Assembly: GCA_963708395.1 (NCBI GenBank)
Contig: CAVPSG010000002.1
Location: forward strand, 1,167-65,166
From: an uncultured Acidobacteriota bacterium
GTDB taxonomy: Bacteria > Acidobacteriota > Thermoanaerobaculia > UBA5066 > Gp7-AA6
Length of the DNA stretch: 64,000 bases
Reading direction: 5' to 3'
Position 1 is the stretch's first letter; each line of letters starts with the position of its first letter. Positions 1 to 9,524 of the stretch are shown in pieces. The notes under the pieces were generated by a model, which did not search any database, had not been told where the DNA came from, and saw nothing but the letters and a program-made list of their open reading frames with translations. The translations under genes were made by a program, and so were the position numbers.

Positions 1-1272
1 TAGGTGCTTCGTCAATCGTGCAATGGCAAACGCATTGGACACTCGATACGCCCCACGGGGATCCCCGAAGCTGAAGTACCCAGCCCAGCCACGCCGATAC
101 TGATTGACTTGCTTCACCAGTTCCGTCAGCGGCACAAATGCCCGCTGGTGACTGGTCAGCTCCCGCAGTTCGTTTCGATGCTTCTCCATCGCCTTGTTCG
201 ACGGCACTGCCGTGAGATACCGCCGGTGTCGTCCATGGCGATCCCAATCGTAGCGAAAGGTGTAGCCCAAGAAATCCAGCGAGGCTTCCTCGCACGGTGA
301 AAGGGCAATCACTCGGGTCTTCGTCCGATTGATCGTGAGCCCAAGCCACCCCTCCACGATGTGCTCCACCCACGTCGTGATCCGAGGACTGATGTATCGC
401 GCCATGATGATGAAGTCATCCGCATACCGCACCAGTCGAGCTTTCGCCCATACGCCCGGACCTTTGGATCGGTGAAACACGACATCAAACCAGTGGAGAT
501 AGAGGTTGGCCAGCAGCGGTGAAATGACTCCCCCTTGTGGCGTCCCTTGGTGTGGTCGACTGCGCTTCGGTCGACCGTCTTCGTCACGCTCTTCCACCAC
601 CGCGTTGAGCCAGAGGCGGAGCAGATGGAGGACCGACCGGTCCGCGATCCGCCGCTCGACACACTTCAACAACTGGTCATGCGGGATCGTGTCGAAGTAC
701 GCTTGCATGTCCGCGTCGTAGACGGCCGTGTACCCAGCCCGCACATTCTGCTCGATCACGCGTAACGCATCGGCTGCGCTCCGCGCCGGTCGATAGCCAT
801 AGGAGCAGTTCAGAAAATCTGCCTCGACAATCGGCTCCAGAATCAACTTCGCCGCCGTCTGCACCACTCGGTCCCGAATCGTTGGAATCCCGAGGGGCCG
901 CATGCGTCCGTCTGGCTTGGGAATGAGTACCCGCAGCACCGCGTCTGGACGATACGTCTTGGTCCGCAACTCCTGGTGCAACGTCTCCACCAAGAGCTCC
1001 GGTCCCCCAGGCGAGTTGGCGATCTGATCGATCGTCACCCCATCCACCCCAGGTGCGCCCTCGTGACCGGCCACCTGGGCCCAGGCCGCCCAGAGCACGT
1101 CGCGCCGATGGATCCGGTCGTACACCGCATAAAACCGGAACGTCGGCTCTCGCTTTGCCTTCAAGTAGAGCTTCTGTCTCAGCGTGAAGAGTTTCCCAGG
1201 CAGCCCGTCCCGATTTACCGCAAAGGCCTCGGGCAGTTCTCCCTGATCGTCCGTAGTAGCCAGGTTCGGCAA
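1..1272 (-). CDS. ltrA: Group II intron reverse transcriptase/maturase, partial at 3' end
   Basis: Translated by hand from a TTG at 1272 preceded by GAGGAG. Motifs: KLYLKAKREPTFRFYAVYD, APGVDG, PKPDGRMRPLGIPTIRDRVVQ, GTPQGGVISPLLANLYLH, RYADDF, DFLGY. The frame is open to position 1. Confidence 0.96.
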   Translation of the reverse strand, partial: MPNLATTDDQGELPEAFAVNRDGLPGKLFTLRQKLYLKAKREPTFRFYAVYDRIHRRDVLWAAWAQVAGHEGAPGVDGVTIDQIANSPGGPELLVETLHQELRTKTYRPDAVLRVLIPKPDGRMRPLGIPTIRDRVVQTAAKLILEPIVEADFLNCSYGYRPARSAADALRVIEQNVRAGYTAVYDADMQAYFDTIPHDQLLKCVERRIADRSVLHLLRLWLNAVVEERDEDGRPKRSRPHQGTPQGGVISPLLANLYLHWFDVVFHRSKGPGVWAKARLVRYADDFIIMARYISPRITTWVEHIVEGWLGLTINRTKTRVIALSPCEEASLDFLGYTFRYDWDRHGRHRRYLTAVPSNKAMEKHRNELRELTSHQRAFVPLTELVKQVNQYRRGWAGYFSFGDPRGAYRVSNAFAIARLTKHL

Positions 1273-1749
1273 GCGGCTCTCCTCGTCTCTGACGACTGCA
1301 TTCTGCTGGTCGGGGTCCTTCGCTCCCCCGGCATTACCCGGCTTCCACGCTACTCTGACCCCGTCCGATTCCCGACCACGGCGCCGCACGAGTTATGGAT
1401 TCCTCATGCTGCGTTCGACCACGACGTCGCCCCGGTCGGGCTTCCCAGGTTCCTCGTTCTCTCTCTCAGTGCGCGCCGTCCCCTCCCACCCCGGAGAGCC
1501 GAACGACTGCATACGCCTGTGCTTCATCGCTCGTGCTGGCTTCACCATCTCTGGCAGGCTGGCCACTCTCATCGTTGCGTTTCGAGGCCGAACTGGGTTC
1601 GCTTGCGCTACGGCTCACCCTGTGCGCCTTCCGAGGCTTCGCCGCCGTGATTGCTCACCGTCGACGCTCAGTCGGCTACATGTTTCACAGGCCCTTCACA
1701 TGGTGACCTCCTTCCGGTCACAAGAGAGACCAGGCTTATCCTGGCGCAC
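1..1749 (-). mobile_element. Group II intron, 5' portion (3' end lies beyond the left window edge)
   Basis: The minus strand starts GTGCGCCAGGATAAG at 1749, the canonical GUGYG 5' end. About 480 nt of intron-like non-coding sequence follows, including GGAAGCCGGGTAATGCCGGGGGAGCGAAGGACCCC, and then the RT ORF. Confidence 0.93.
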
Positions 1750-1875
1750 CAGAGACCGCAGAGAGCCGCAGAGAACAACAGATCGTGATGCTGCAATGGC
1801 CGATGCCGACTTGATGCGAAGTTCAATTCTTATTCTCTCTGTTTTTCTCTGCGTTTCTCTGCGTCCCTGCGGTCA
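1750..1875. repeat. Long imperfect palindrome built from ~10-nt CGCAGAGA units (5' exon of the intron)
   Basis: The left arm cagagaccgcagagagccgcagagaacaacaga (1750-1782) is complementary to the right arm tctctctgtttttctctgcgtttctctgcgtccctgcggt (1834-1873). Confidence 0.8.
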
Positions 1876-1904
1876 ATTGTTTTTTGGTGGATTTTTGCGA
1901 ACTG

Positions 1905-2936
1905 CTAATCATATTTCTCTCGCAGCCTGCTCCTGAGCGCGTGCTGCATCGACTTGGCGTAGTTGCGCGCGGCCGCGGCCGCCGCCACATCCTGCTTTCG
2001 CTCGAGAAACGCCAACTCGCGTCGCAAATGACGCCAGCTCTCGAACCGCTCGGCCTCGAGTGCCCCGCTCGCGAGCGCCGCGAGCACCGCGCAACCCGGC
2101 TCCGTCTCGTGCGCGCAGTCGCGGAAGCGGCACTCCTCCGCCAACACGACGATGTCGCGAAACGTTTCGTCGAGACCCTCGGCGGCGGACCAGAGCTGGA
2201 GCTCGCGCATCCCCGGCGTGTCGATCAGCGACGCGCCGCTCGGAAGGTCGATCAGCTCGCGGTGCGTCGTGGTGTGGCGGCCCGCGCCGTCGTCGCGCAG
2301 CTCGCCGACGCGCTGGCGATCTTCGCCGAGCAGCGCGTTGACCAACGTCGACTTGCCGGCGCCCGACGATCCGAGAAGCACCGCGGTGATTCCGGGCGCG
2401 AGCATGGCGACGATGGCATCGAGCCCGGCGCCGGTGAGGGTCGACACCGCGAGCACGTCGACGCCCAGCGCGACGGAACGGACGTCGCGAACGATGTCGT
2501 CGGTGCTCTCGACGAGATCCGATTTCGTGAGCACCACGACCGGCATCGCGCCGCTCTCCCATGCGAGCGCGAGATAGCGCTCGATGCGGCGAAGGTTGAC
2601 GTCGCCGGGCAGCGCCGCGGCGATAAACGCGATGTCGACGTTGGCCGCGACAATCTGCGCCGTCGTCACGTCGCCCGCGGTCTTTCGCCGAAAGGCGCCG
2701 TGACGCGGGCCGACGCTTCGGATCGTCGCGACGGGTGGATCGCCGCGCGCCACCGACGCGAGAACCCAGTCGCCAACCGCCGGAAAATCGTCGGGCGACA
2801 GCGCGGTGTGCCGAAAGCGGCCCGGCAGATGCGCGTCCGCATCGCCGGTTGGAAATCGTAGTACGTAGCGATCACGGTGCTGCGAAACCACGCGCGCCGT
2901 CTCGAGCGGCGCGTTGCCAGCTGCTTCGATGTTCAT
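1905..2936 (-). CDS. rsgA: Ribosome small subunit-dependent GTPase A
   Basis: Circularly permuted GTPase motifs TKSD, GSSGAGKST, GRHTTT and DTPGMREL, plus a C-terminal CRFRDCAHETEPGC zinc finger. Confidence 0.96.
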   Translation of the reverse strand: MNIEAAGNAPLETARVVSQHRDRYVLRFPTGDADAHLPGRFRHTALSPDDFPAVGDWVLASVARGDPPVATIRSVGPRHGAFRRKTAGDVTTAQIVAANVDIAFIAAALPGDVNLRRIERYLALAWESGAMPVVVLTKSDLVESTDDIVRDVRSVALGVDVLAVSTLTGAGLDAIVAMLAPGITAVLLGSSGAGKSTLVNALLGEDRQRVGELRDDGAGRHTTTHRELIDLPSGASLIDTPGMRELQLWSAAEGLDETFRDIVVLAEECRFRDCAHETEPGCAVLAALASGALEAERFESWRHLRRELAFLERKQDVAAAAAARNYAKSMQHALRSRLREKYD

Positions 2937-3339
2937 TGGTGGATGGCTCCGATGGCGATGGGCGCGCGCCGGCCAGAGGGTCCGACCGGCGTGATCGACG
3001 GTGGCCCGGATTTCGTCGGAGCTTGGGAAGCGCTTGGACGAGCCGGCGGAGGCCGGCTCGCGAGTTCAAGCGTTCGTCGTCAGAGCTCCCGGCGCGAAAC
3101 CGGGGCGGACGGAGCGGATGGCGGTATGCATAGCCACCTCCGAGACTGAGAGCCTGACCGTCGCACGGTGCGACGGCGAGGGAACAATCTTGTCACTTTG
3201 ACCGCTGTTTGCAAACGGCTCAACGACAGCCTGCGGGCAATCGTTAAACTGAATAGTCGAATGCCGTATGGCGCGGCGCTCGAGCCGTGCGCCAGATTGG
3301 GGGGCCTTGGACGCCTGACTTCACGCTCGAGACAACCGA

Positions 3340-5187
3340 ATGACGCTTCACGCAGCCGCGCGATGTCGCGCGCTCGCGAAGGCTGTGGTCGCGACGATCG
3401 TCTTCGCGTGGCCCGTGGCCGCGCAGCGCGCACCCACAAAACCGAAAGAGCCCGCCAAAGACACCCCTGAGTTCACGCGCCAGGGGCTCCTCATCGTCAA
3501 TTTCACGCCCCGCGCCGGCGCCGACATGAAGCTCGGCCGAAAGGCCGCGGACGCCGTGCGCGGGCGAATTGGCAAGCTCGTCAACAAACACGAAGTCGAA
3601 GTCATCGACGGCGACGACATTGCCATTCGAATGGAGCGTGCCGGCTTCGATCCCGACACCGCGTTCGATCTGCGCGAGGTCCGCTCGGTCGGTCGATATC
3701 TTCGCGCCGACGAGTTCGTGCTGGCGTCCGTTTCCAATGGCCCGGGCGGACCCCGCATCACGGGCCAGCTCATTCTGTTGCGAGACGAACGCCTCAGGCA
3801 GCCACTGCCCGACGCGACCGCCCCGAAGCTCGATTCTGCCGTTCTGTTGTTCGCGCGCTCGATCGCGGCCGCGCGAGGACAGTTGATTCCGGAACGCCGG
3901 TGCGAGAACGCGCTGCGCGAGGGGAGCGCCGCGCGCGCGATCGCCGCCGCCGAATCGGGGATCGCCGCGTACGACCGCGGCGCGATCGCGCGAACGTGCC
4001 TCGTGTGGGCGCTGCGTCAGAACAAGACGCCCTCCACGAAGGTTCTCGCCGAAGCGGAAGCGCTGCTCGCGATCGACTCGACCAGTCCGCACGGCCTGGA
4101 AGCGGCCGCGGTCGCCTTGGACTCGCTGCGCCGGCGCGACGAGGCGGCAGCTCATTGGCTGCGTCTCGCGGCCACCGATACTGGCGACGTCGATCAACTC
4201 GTGCGCGTCGGGTACGCACTCCTCGACGGTGGAAACGCGAAGCGCGCCGAGCCGTTCATCGTGGCTCAGTCGAGCGCGCGGCCCGACGACTTGCGGTTCA
4301 TGCAGCTGAAATGGCTCGCGGCATACGAGAACAAGCATTGGCCGCTCGCCATCACCGCCGGCGAAACACTCCTCGCGCGCGACACGGTGGCTCGCGGCGA
4401 CTCTGTCTTCTTTCTGCGGCTCGGCCTCGCGTACCACTGGGCTGACGTTCCGGTCAAAGCGATCGAGACGCTCGCGCACGGTGTCGCGACCTTTCCGCAC
4501 GACGCTCGGCTGTATTCGCTGTACTCGCAATACATCAAGGCAGAGGCGGACACGGTGGTGTCTCGCGGACTCGCGCTGTTCCCGCAGAGTGCCGACCTGT
4601 TGGCGATCAACGCGAAGGAGTTGCGCGCTCGCGGCAAGATCGCGGAGTCGTTGAACGCAACGAAGCTGGCCGTGGCGCTCGACACGGCGATGGCGCAGGG
4701 ACACCTGATGATCGCGCAGTTGGAGATCGAGCTCGGGCGACCGGACAGCGCGCTCGTGGCGCTGCGCGCCGGGCTCGCCCACGGCGACGATTCGTCCCTC
4801 GTCGCGCAGTTCGCTCTCGCGAAGGGCAACACGCTCTACCGCGCAGCCAACGGGACGAAGACGAGCGCGGACTTCGCCGCGTCGCTGCGCATGCTCGTGT
4901 TCGCGGATTCGGTGCGGTCGTCCGAGCAAACACGCTTCCTCACGGGCGCGGCGGCCCTGGGGTTCGCACAGTCGGCGCTGACCGAAGCCGCCAAGCTCTC
5001 GGACAAGGCGGAGAGCTGCCGCCTGGCGCGCATGGCGCGGGACCTGATTCCGATGGCGCGAAGTGGCCTCCAGGCCGGGGAGACGTCGTTCGCCGAAGCC
5101 GCGAAGCAATCGCTCGACTATCTCGACCAGCTCGACCCCTTCGCCGAGCAGCAGATGAAAATCGTGTGCGTCGAGCCGGGCCGGTAA
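3340..5187 (+). CDS. Exported TPR-like helical repeat protein
   Basis: 615-aa ORF with an N-terminal signal peptide (…WPVAAQ) and Ala/Leu-rich helical repeats. Confidence 0.7.
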   Translation: MTLHAAARCRALAKAVVATIVFAWPVAAQRAPTKPKEPAKDTPEFTRQGLLIVNFTPRAGADMKLGRKAADAVRGRIGKLVNKHEVEVIDGDDIAIRMERAGFDPDTAFDLREVRSVGRYLRADEFVLASVSNGPGGPRITGQLILLRDERLRQPLPDATAPKLDSAVLLFARSIAAARGQLIPERRCENALREGSAARAIAAAESGIAAYDRGAIARTCLVWALRQNKTPSTKVLAEAEALLAIDSTSPHGLEAAAVALDSLRRRDEAAAHWLRLAATDTGDVDQLVRVGYALLDGGNAKRAEPFIVAQSSARPDDLRFMQLKWLAAYENKHWPLAITAGETLLARDTVARGDSVFFLRLGLAYHWADVPVKAIETLAHGVATFPHDARLYSLYSQYIKAEADTVVSRGLALFPQSADLLAINAKELRARGKIAESLNATKLAVALDTAMAQGHLMIAQLEIELGRPDSALVALRAGLAHGDDSSLVAQFALAKGNTLYRAANGTKTSADFAASLRMLVFADSVRSSEQTRFLTGAAALGFAQSALTEAAKLSDKAESCRLARMARDLIPMARSGLQAGETSFAEAAKQSLDYLDQLDPFAEQQMKIVCVEPGR

Positions 5188-5207
5188 CTTCTGGGCCGGT
5201 AACTTCT
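5178..5207. repeat. Perfect 15-bp tandem duplication GGGCCGGTAACTTCT x2
   Basis: Copies at 5178-5192 and 5193-5207, spanning the stop codon of the upstream gene. Confidence 0.9.
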
Positions 5208-5233
5208 TGGCCTGAACGCCCGTACGCTTAGAA

Positions 5234-7213
5234 ATGGCTCCGGAACGCCCGGCATTTCGATCTGACATCGAGGGGCTTCGCGGCCTCGCGATTCTGCTCG
5301 TCGTCGCGTTCCACGCCGGCGTCTCGAGGTTGGCCGGCGGCTACGTCGGCGTCGACGTCTTCTTCGTGTTGTCCGGCTACCTCATCACCGGCATGCTGGC
5401 GCGCGAGGTCGTTGAGACCGGCGACGTCGATTTCTCCGAGTTCTATGCACGACGCGCCAGGCGGCTGCTGCCGGCGTTGCTCGTCGTGCTGCTCGCGACG
5501 ATCGCCATCGCGCTGTGGATCTACGCGCCGATCGACAGCCCCGCGATCATGACCGACGCGCGCGCCGTCGCGCTGCACTACGGCAACATCGTGTTCGCCA
5601 ACGGCGCCGTCGACTATCACGCGACGTCCGACAATCCGCTCCTCCACACGTGGTCGCTCGCGGTGGAAGAGCAGTTCTACATCGCGTGGCCGCTGCTCTT
5701 CGCGTTCATTGGCCGCATGTGGTCGGAGGGGAACGAAGACGCGACACGCAAGCGCCTATTCGTCGGCGTGACGATCGCCGGCGCGGTCTCGTTCGCGGTG
5801 TCCCTCTGGGTCACGCGCGTCGCGCAGCCGTGGGCGTTCTTCGGCATGCCGACGCGCATCTGGGAGTTTGCCGTTGGCGCCATCGTCGCGCTCGCGGTGA
5901 CGAATGAATCCTCGAAGACCGAGCGGGTGGGGCTGACGCTTCAGATCGCGGGGCTGATCGCGATCGGCGCCGCGGTATTCCTGCTGAACGATGCGACGCC
6001 GTATCCGGGAATCGCGGCCTTGCTGCCAGTCGCCGGAACAGCCGCGTTGCTGATCGGCGGCCGACGAGCGCCCGACAGCTCCGTGAGCCGCGCGCTCGGC
6101 GCGCCCGTCCTACAATTCTTCGGTCGCGTCTCGTACTCGTGGTATCTCTGGCATTGGCCGCTCGTCGGCCTCGGCGCGGTTCTGAATCGCAACATCGACG
6201 TCGGGGGTCGCGCGATGTGGTCGCTCGCGGCGCTCGGGTTGGCTGTCCTCACGCATCGGTTCGTCGAAGAGCCCGCGCGGCGCGGCAAGTGGCTCGAGTG
6301 GCGCCCGCAGTGGGTCAACGTCGCGGCGCTGGTCGCCAGCTTCGCGGCCGCGTCGATCGCGTACGGCGCTCTGGTCGTCGCCGCGCGCGGTGCGTCGACG
6401 CCCGTGCAACGGCGCTTCGCGGCGGCGCGCGACGACGCCATGTCGCACGACTGCTGGGGCTCGCTCCTCGAGAACGCGACCGGCCCGTGTGTATTCGGCG
6501 ACGTGACGGCGCGGAAGATCGTCGTGCTGTTCGGCGACTCGCACGCCGAGCATTGGCTTCCCGCCATGGACCAGATCGGCCGAGCGCGCGGCTGGAAGAT
6601 CGTGGCGATGATCAAGCCGGCCTGCCCGGTGGCCGACGTTCCGGAGCTCGTGAACACGAGACTCAAGCGCTACTACACGGAGTGCACCGAGTGGCGGCAC
6701 GCCATGCTCAAGCGCATCGTCGCCATGCACCCGACCGCGGTGGTGCTCTCGAGCTACGATCGCTACGTAGAGCGCGGCGACGCCGATTGGGCGATCTCGC
6801 CGATCGAATGGGGCCTGGGTCTCAAGCGAACGTACACGACGTTGGCGCGCGCCGGCATCAACACGATCGCGATCCGCGGGACGCCGAGCGCAGGATTCGA
6901 CGTGCCGTCGTGTCTCTCGCGTCGCGCGAGCGGCGCGCCGTTCAGCGGGTCGCCGTGCGAGTACGCGCGCAGCGGATCGCTCGTGCCGAACGCGGTCGCG
7001 GCGCAGACGGCGGCGGCGCGGGGACTGTCGACGGTGGCATTCGTCGACGTCGGCGATCGGGTGTGCGGTTCGGCCGTGTGTCCGGTGGTGCGGAATGGGA
7101 CGATCGTCTTCCGCGACGGCAATCATCTCACGGCGACGTTCAGCCGGCGCGAGGCGCCGGTGCTCGGCGCGCGCATCGACGCGGCGCTGAGCGAGCTCGG
7201 CACGCGCAAGTAG
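5234..7213 (+). CDS. Acyltransferase family 3 fused to an SGNH domain (OafA/OatA-like O-acyltransferase)
   Basis: RSDIEGLRGLAI, GVDVFFVLSGYLIT, HTWSLAVEEQFY, SYSWYLWHWP, then GDSHA and DGNHL in the SGNH domain. Confidence 0.92.
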   Translation: MAPERPAFRSDIEGLRGLAILLVVAFHAGVSRLAGGYVGVDVFFVLSGYLITGMLAREVVETGDVDFSEFYARRARRLLPALLVVLLATIAIALWIYAPIDSPAIMTDARAVALHYGNIVFANGAVDYHATSDNPLLHTWSLAVEEQFYIAWPLLFAFIGRMWSEGNEDATRKRLFVGVTIAGAVSFAVSLWVTRVAQPWAFFGMPTRIWEFAVGAIVALAVTNESSKTERVGLTLQIAGLIAIGAAVFLLNDATPYPGIAALLPVAGTAALLIGGRRAPDSSVSRALGAPVLQFFGRVSYSWYLWHWPLVGLGAVLNRNIDVGGRAMWSLAALGLAVLTHRFVEEPARRGKWLEWRPQWVNVAALVASFAAASIAYGALVVAARGASTPVQRRFAAARDDAMSHDCWGSLLENATGPCVFGDVTARKIVVLFGDSHAEHWLPAMDQIGRARGWKIVAMIKPACPVADVPELVNTRLKRYYTECTEWRHAMLKRIVAMHPTAVVLSSYDRYVERGDADWAISPIEWGLGLKRTYTTLARAGINTIAIRGTPSAGFDVPSCLSRRASGAPFSGSPCEYARSGSLVPNAVAAQTAAARGLSTVAFVDVGDRVCGSAVCPVVRNGTIVFRDGNHLTATFSRREAPVLGARIDAALSELGTRK

Positions 7214-7216
7214 TCT

Positions 7217-7244
7217 GTCATCCTGAGCCGAAGCGAAGGATTCT
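7217..7244 (+). repeat. GTCATCC-type REP monomer
   Basis: gtcatcctgagccgaagcgaaggattct, 3 bp after the stop of the acyltransferase gene. Confidence 0.85.
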
Positions 7245-7306
7245 GCTTTCCGCTTGCGCGTTCGCTCGAGTGCGCCATGATATGGCGACACCTTTCCGAG
7301 CTCCGC

Positions 7307-8080
7307 ATGCGCCGGTTCTCTTCGACCCTCTTGCTCGCTCTCACCGCGTCCGCTGCGGTCGCCCAGACGCCGAAGCCGCCACCCAAGCCCGCCGACACCG
7401 AAGTGTGGACGCCGGTGCCGGTGGTGATCACTCCAGGCCGCGCGAACGCCGACGCGCCGTCCGACGCGATCGTCCTCTTCGACGGCAAGAACCTCGACGA
7501 ATGGCTGTCCGCGAAGGACGAGTCGCCGGCGAAGTGGACCGTCGCGAACGGCGTCGTCACCGTGAACAAACCGTCGGGCGACATCCATACGCGACGCAAG
7601 TTCACGAACTATCAGCTACACATCGAGTGGCGCATTCCTCCCGGCATCACCGGCGAGGGACAGGAGCGCGGCAACAGCGGCGTCTATCTCGCGTGGACGC
7701 CCGACTTCGGCTACGAGCTGCAGGTGCTCGACTCGTACGAGAACAAGACATACGTGAACGGGCAGGCCGGCAGCATCTACAAGCAGTTTCCGCCGCTCGT
7801 GAATGCGATGCGGAAGCCCGGCGAGTGGCAGACGTACGACGTCGTCTGGATGGCGCCGACGTTCAAGCCCGACGGCTCAGTCAACACGCCGGCGTACGTC
7901 ACCGCGCTTCAGAACGGCGTGCTGATTCAGAATCACGTCGCGTTGCGCGGCGACACCAAGTACATCGGTCAGCCCGAGTACAAGGCGCACGGCGCCGCGG
8001 CGATTCTCCTACAGGCGCACGGCGATCCCAGCGCGCCGATCAGCTTCCGCAATATCTGGGTTCGCGAACTCGGCAAATAG
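7307..8080 (+). CDS. DUF1080 / 3-keto-disaccharide hydrolase family exported protein
   Basis: Signal peptide, then PSDAIVLFDGKNL, GNSGVYL, YELQVLDS, GEWQTYDV, LLQAHG and FRNIWVREL. Confidence 0.9.
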   Translation: MRRFSSTLLLALTASAAVAQTPKPPPKPADTEVWTPVPVVITPGRANADAPSDAIVLFDGKNLDEWLSAKDESPAKWTVANGVVTVNKPSGDIHTRRKFTNYQLHIEWRIPPGITGEGQERGNSGVYLAWTPDFGYELQVLDSYENKTYVNGQAGSIYKQFPPLVNAMRKPGEWQTYDVVWMAPTFKPDGSVNTPAYVTALQNGVLIQNHVALRGDTKYIGQPEYKAHGAAAILLQAHGDPSAPISFRNIWVRELGK

Positions 8081-8152
8081 TCATCCCGAGCGAAGCGAGG
8101 GATCTGCAGTCCCGACCGACAACTGCAGAGCCCTCGCTCTGCTCGGGATGAC
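8080..8152. repeat. Inverted dimer of GTCATCC-type REP (BIME/REPIN-like)
   Basis: gtcatcccgagcgaagcgagggatctgcagt-11nt-actgcagagccctcgctctgctcgggatgac, between convergent genes. Confidence 0.93.
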
Positions 8153-9387
8153 GGTTCTGCCGACGGTGAGCGCCAACCCGGCGGCGACGAGACACAGCGC
8201 GCCCGACGTCCAGAACGCGGTGCGATAGTCGCCCGTGCTGGTGCGGATCCAGCCCGCGCCGAGCGCGGCCGTTGCGGCGCCGAGTTGATGGCCGGCGGCG
8301 ATCCATCCGAACATGATCGGCGCGCGCTCCTTGCCGAACGCATCCGTCGCCAGCTTCACCGTCGGCGGAACGGTGGCGATCCAATCGAGCCCGTACCACA
8401 CCGCGAACACGACGAGACCCGTGTCGTGACCGCCCGCGAGCGCGCGCGGCAAGAACATCAGACTGAGGCCGCGCAGGCTGTAGTACCACGCGAGCAGCTT
8501 GCGGCTGTCCCATCGATCGCTCAGCCAGCCCGGAGCCCGTCGTCCCGAACAGGTCGAAAATGCCCATCATCGCGACGAGTCCCGCCGCGCGAACTTCGGG
8601 GATTCCGTGATCGTGCGCCGCCGGAATGAGATGCGTGCCGACCAAGCCGTTCGTGGACGCGCCGCAGATGAAGAACGTCGCGAAGAGGAGCCAGAAGTCG
8701 CGCGAACGAGTGCCGTCCCGCAACGCGCCGAGCGCGGCGCCGATCGGGTTCGCGGTCGACGCGTGCGCGACCGATGGGGACGCCGCCAAGCGGAGCCGAG
8801 CCGACGTCCTCGGGATATTCGCGCATGAACAGCGCGACGACGACGATCGTCAGCGCCGCCGCGCCGCCGACGATGGCGACGGCCGTGCGCCATCCGCGAT
8901 GCTCGATCATCGACGCGAGCATCGGCAGAAAGACGAGCTGGCCCGTCGCCGTGCTCGCCGTGAGAATGCCGAGGGCGAGCCCGCGCCGCTCGACGAACCA
9001 GCGGTTCACGACGGTGGCGCCGAGTACGATCGCGACCATGCCCGTCGCGAGCCCAACGCCGATGCCCCAGATGACGACGAGCTGCCACGCCGCCGTGATT
9101 CGCGTCGCGAGACCGACGCATGCGGCGAGCGCAGCCATCGCGACCATGGTCGTTCGACGCACGCCGAATCGCTGCATCAACGCGCCGGCGAACGGTCCCA
9201 TGAGACCGTAGAGCAGGATGTTGATCGACATGGCGAACGAGATCGTCGCGCGCGTCCAATGGAATTCCTGCTCGAGCGGAATGATCAACACGCTCGGCGT
9301 GGCGCGCACGCCGGCCGATGCGAGAAGTGTGACGAAGGTCGCCGCGAGGACGACCCACGCGTAGTGAACGGAGCGAGTACGGGTCAT
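8081..9387 (-). CDS. MFS transporter with two frameshifts (~8775, ~8530)
   Basis: Three consecutive frames join into one MFS protein: YAWVVLAATFVTLL…GALMQRFGVRR…, FWLLFATFFICGASTNGLVGTHLIP…, and SGWLSDRWDSRKLLAWYYSLRGLSL…. Confidence 0.88.
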
Positions 9388-9448
9388 GCCCGAAAACATC
9401 GGGACGGCGACAAGATGTGCGCGGCGCGCATGGAATCCATCTACTTCG

Positions 9449-9474
9449 GTCATCCCGAGCGCAGCGAAGGATCT
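9449..9474 (+). repeat. GTCATCC-type REP monomer
   Basis: gtcatcccgagcgcagcgaaggatct, in the divergent intergenic region. Confidence 0.9.
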
Positions 9475-9524
9475 GCTTTCCCCGATCTTGCCAGCGTGCG
9501 CGGCGACAGTAGCATAGTGCTTCT

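Noticed and set aside
1-1272. RT as a retron, DGR or CRISPR-associated RT
   Set aside because: It is embedded in a GTGCG-initiated intron RNA, has group II intron RT motifs (YADD, domain 0 and X-like region), and has no accessory genes.
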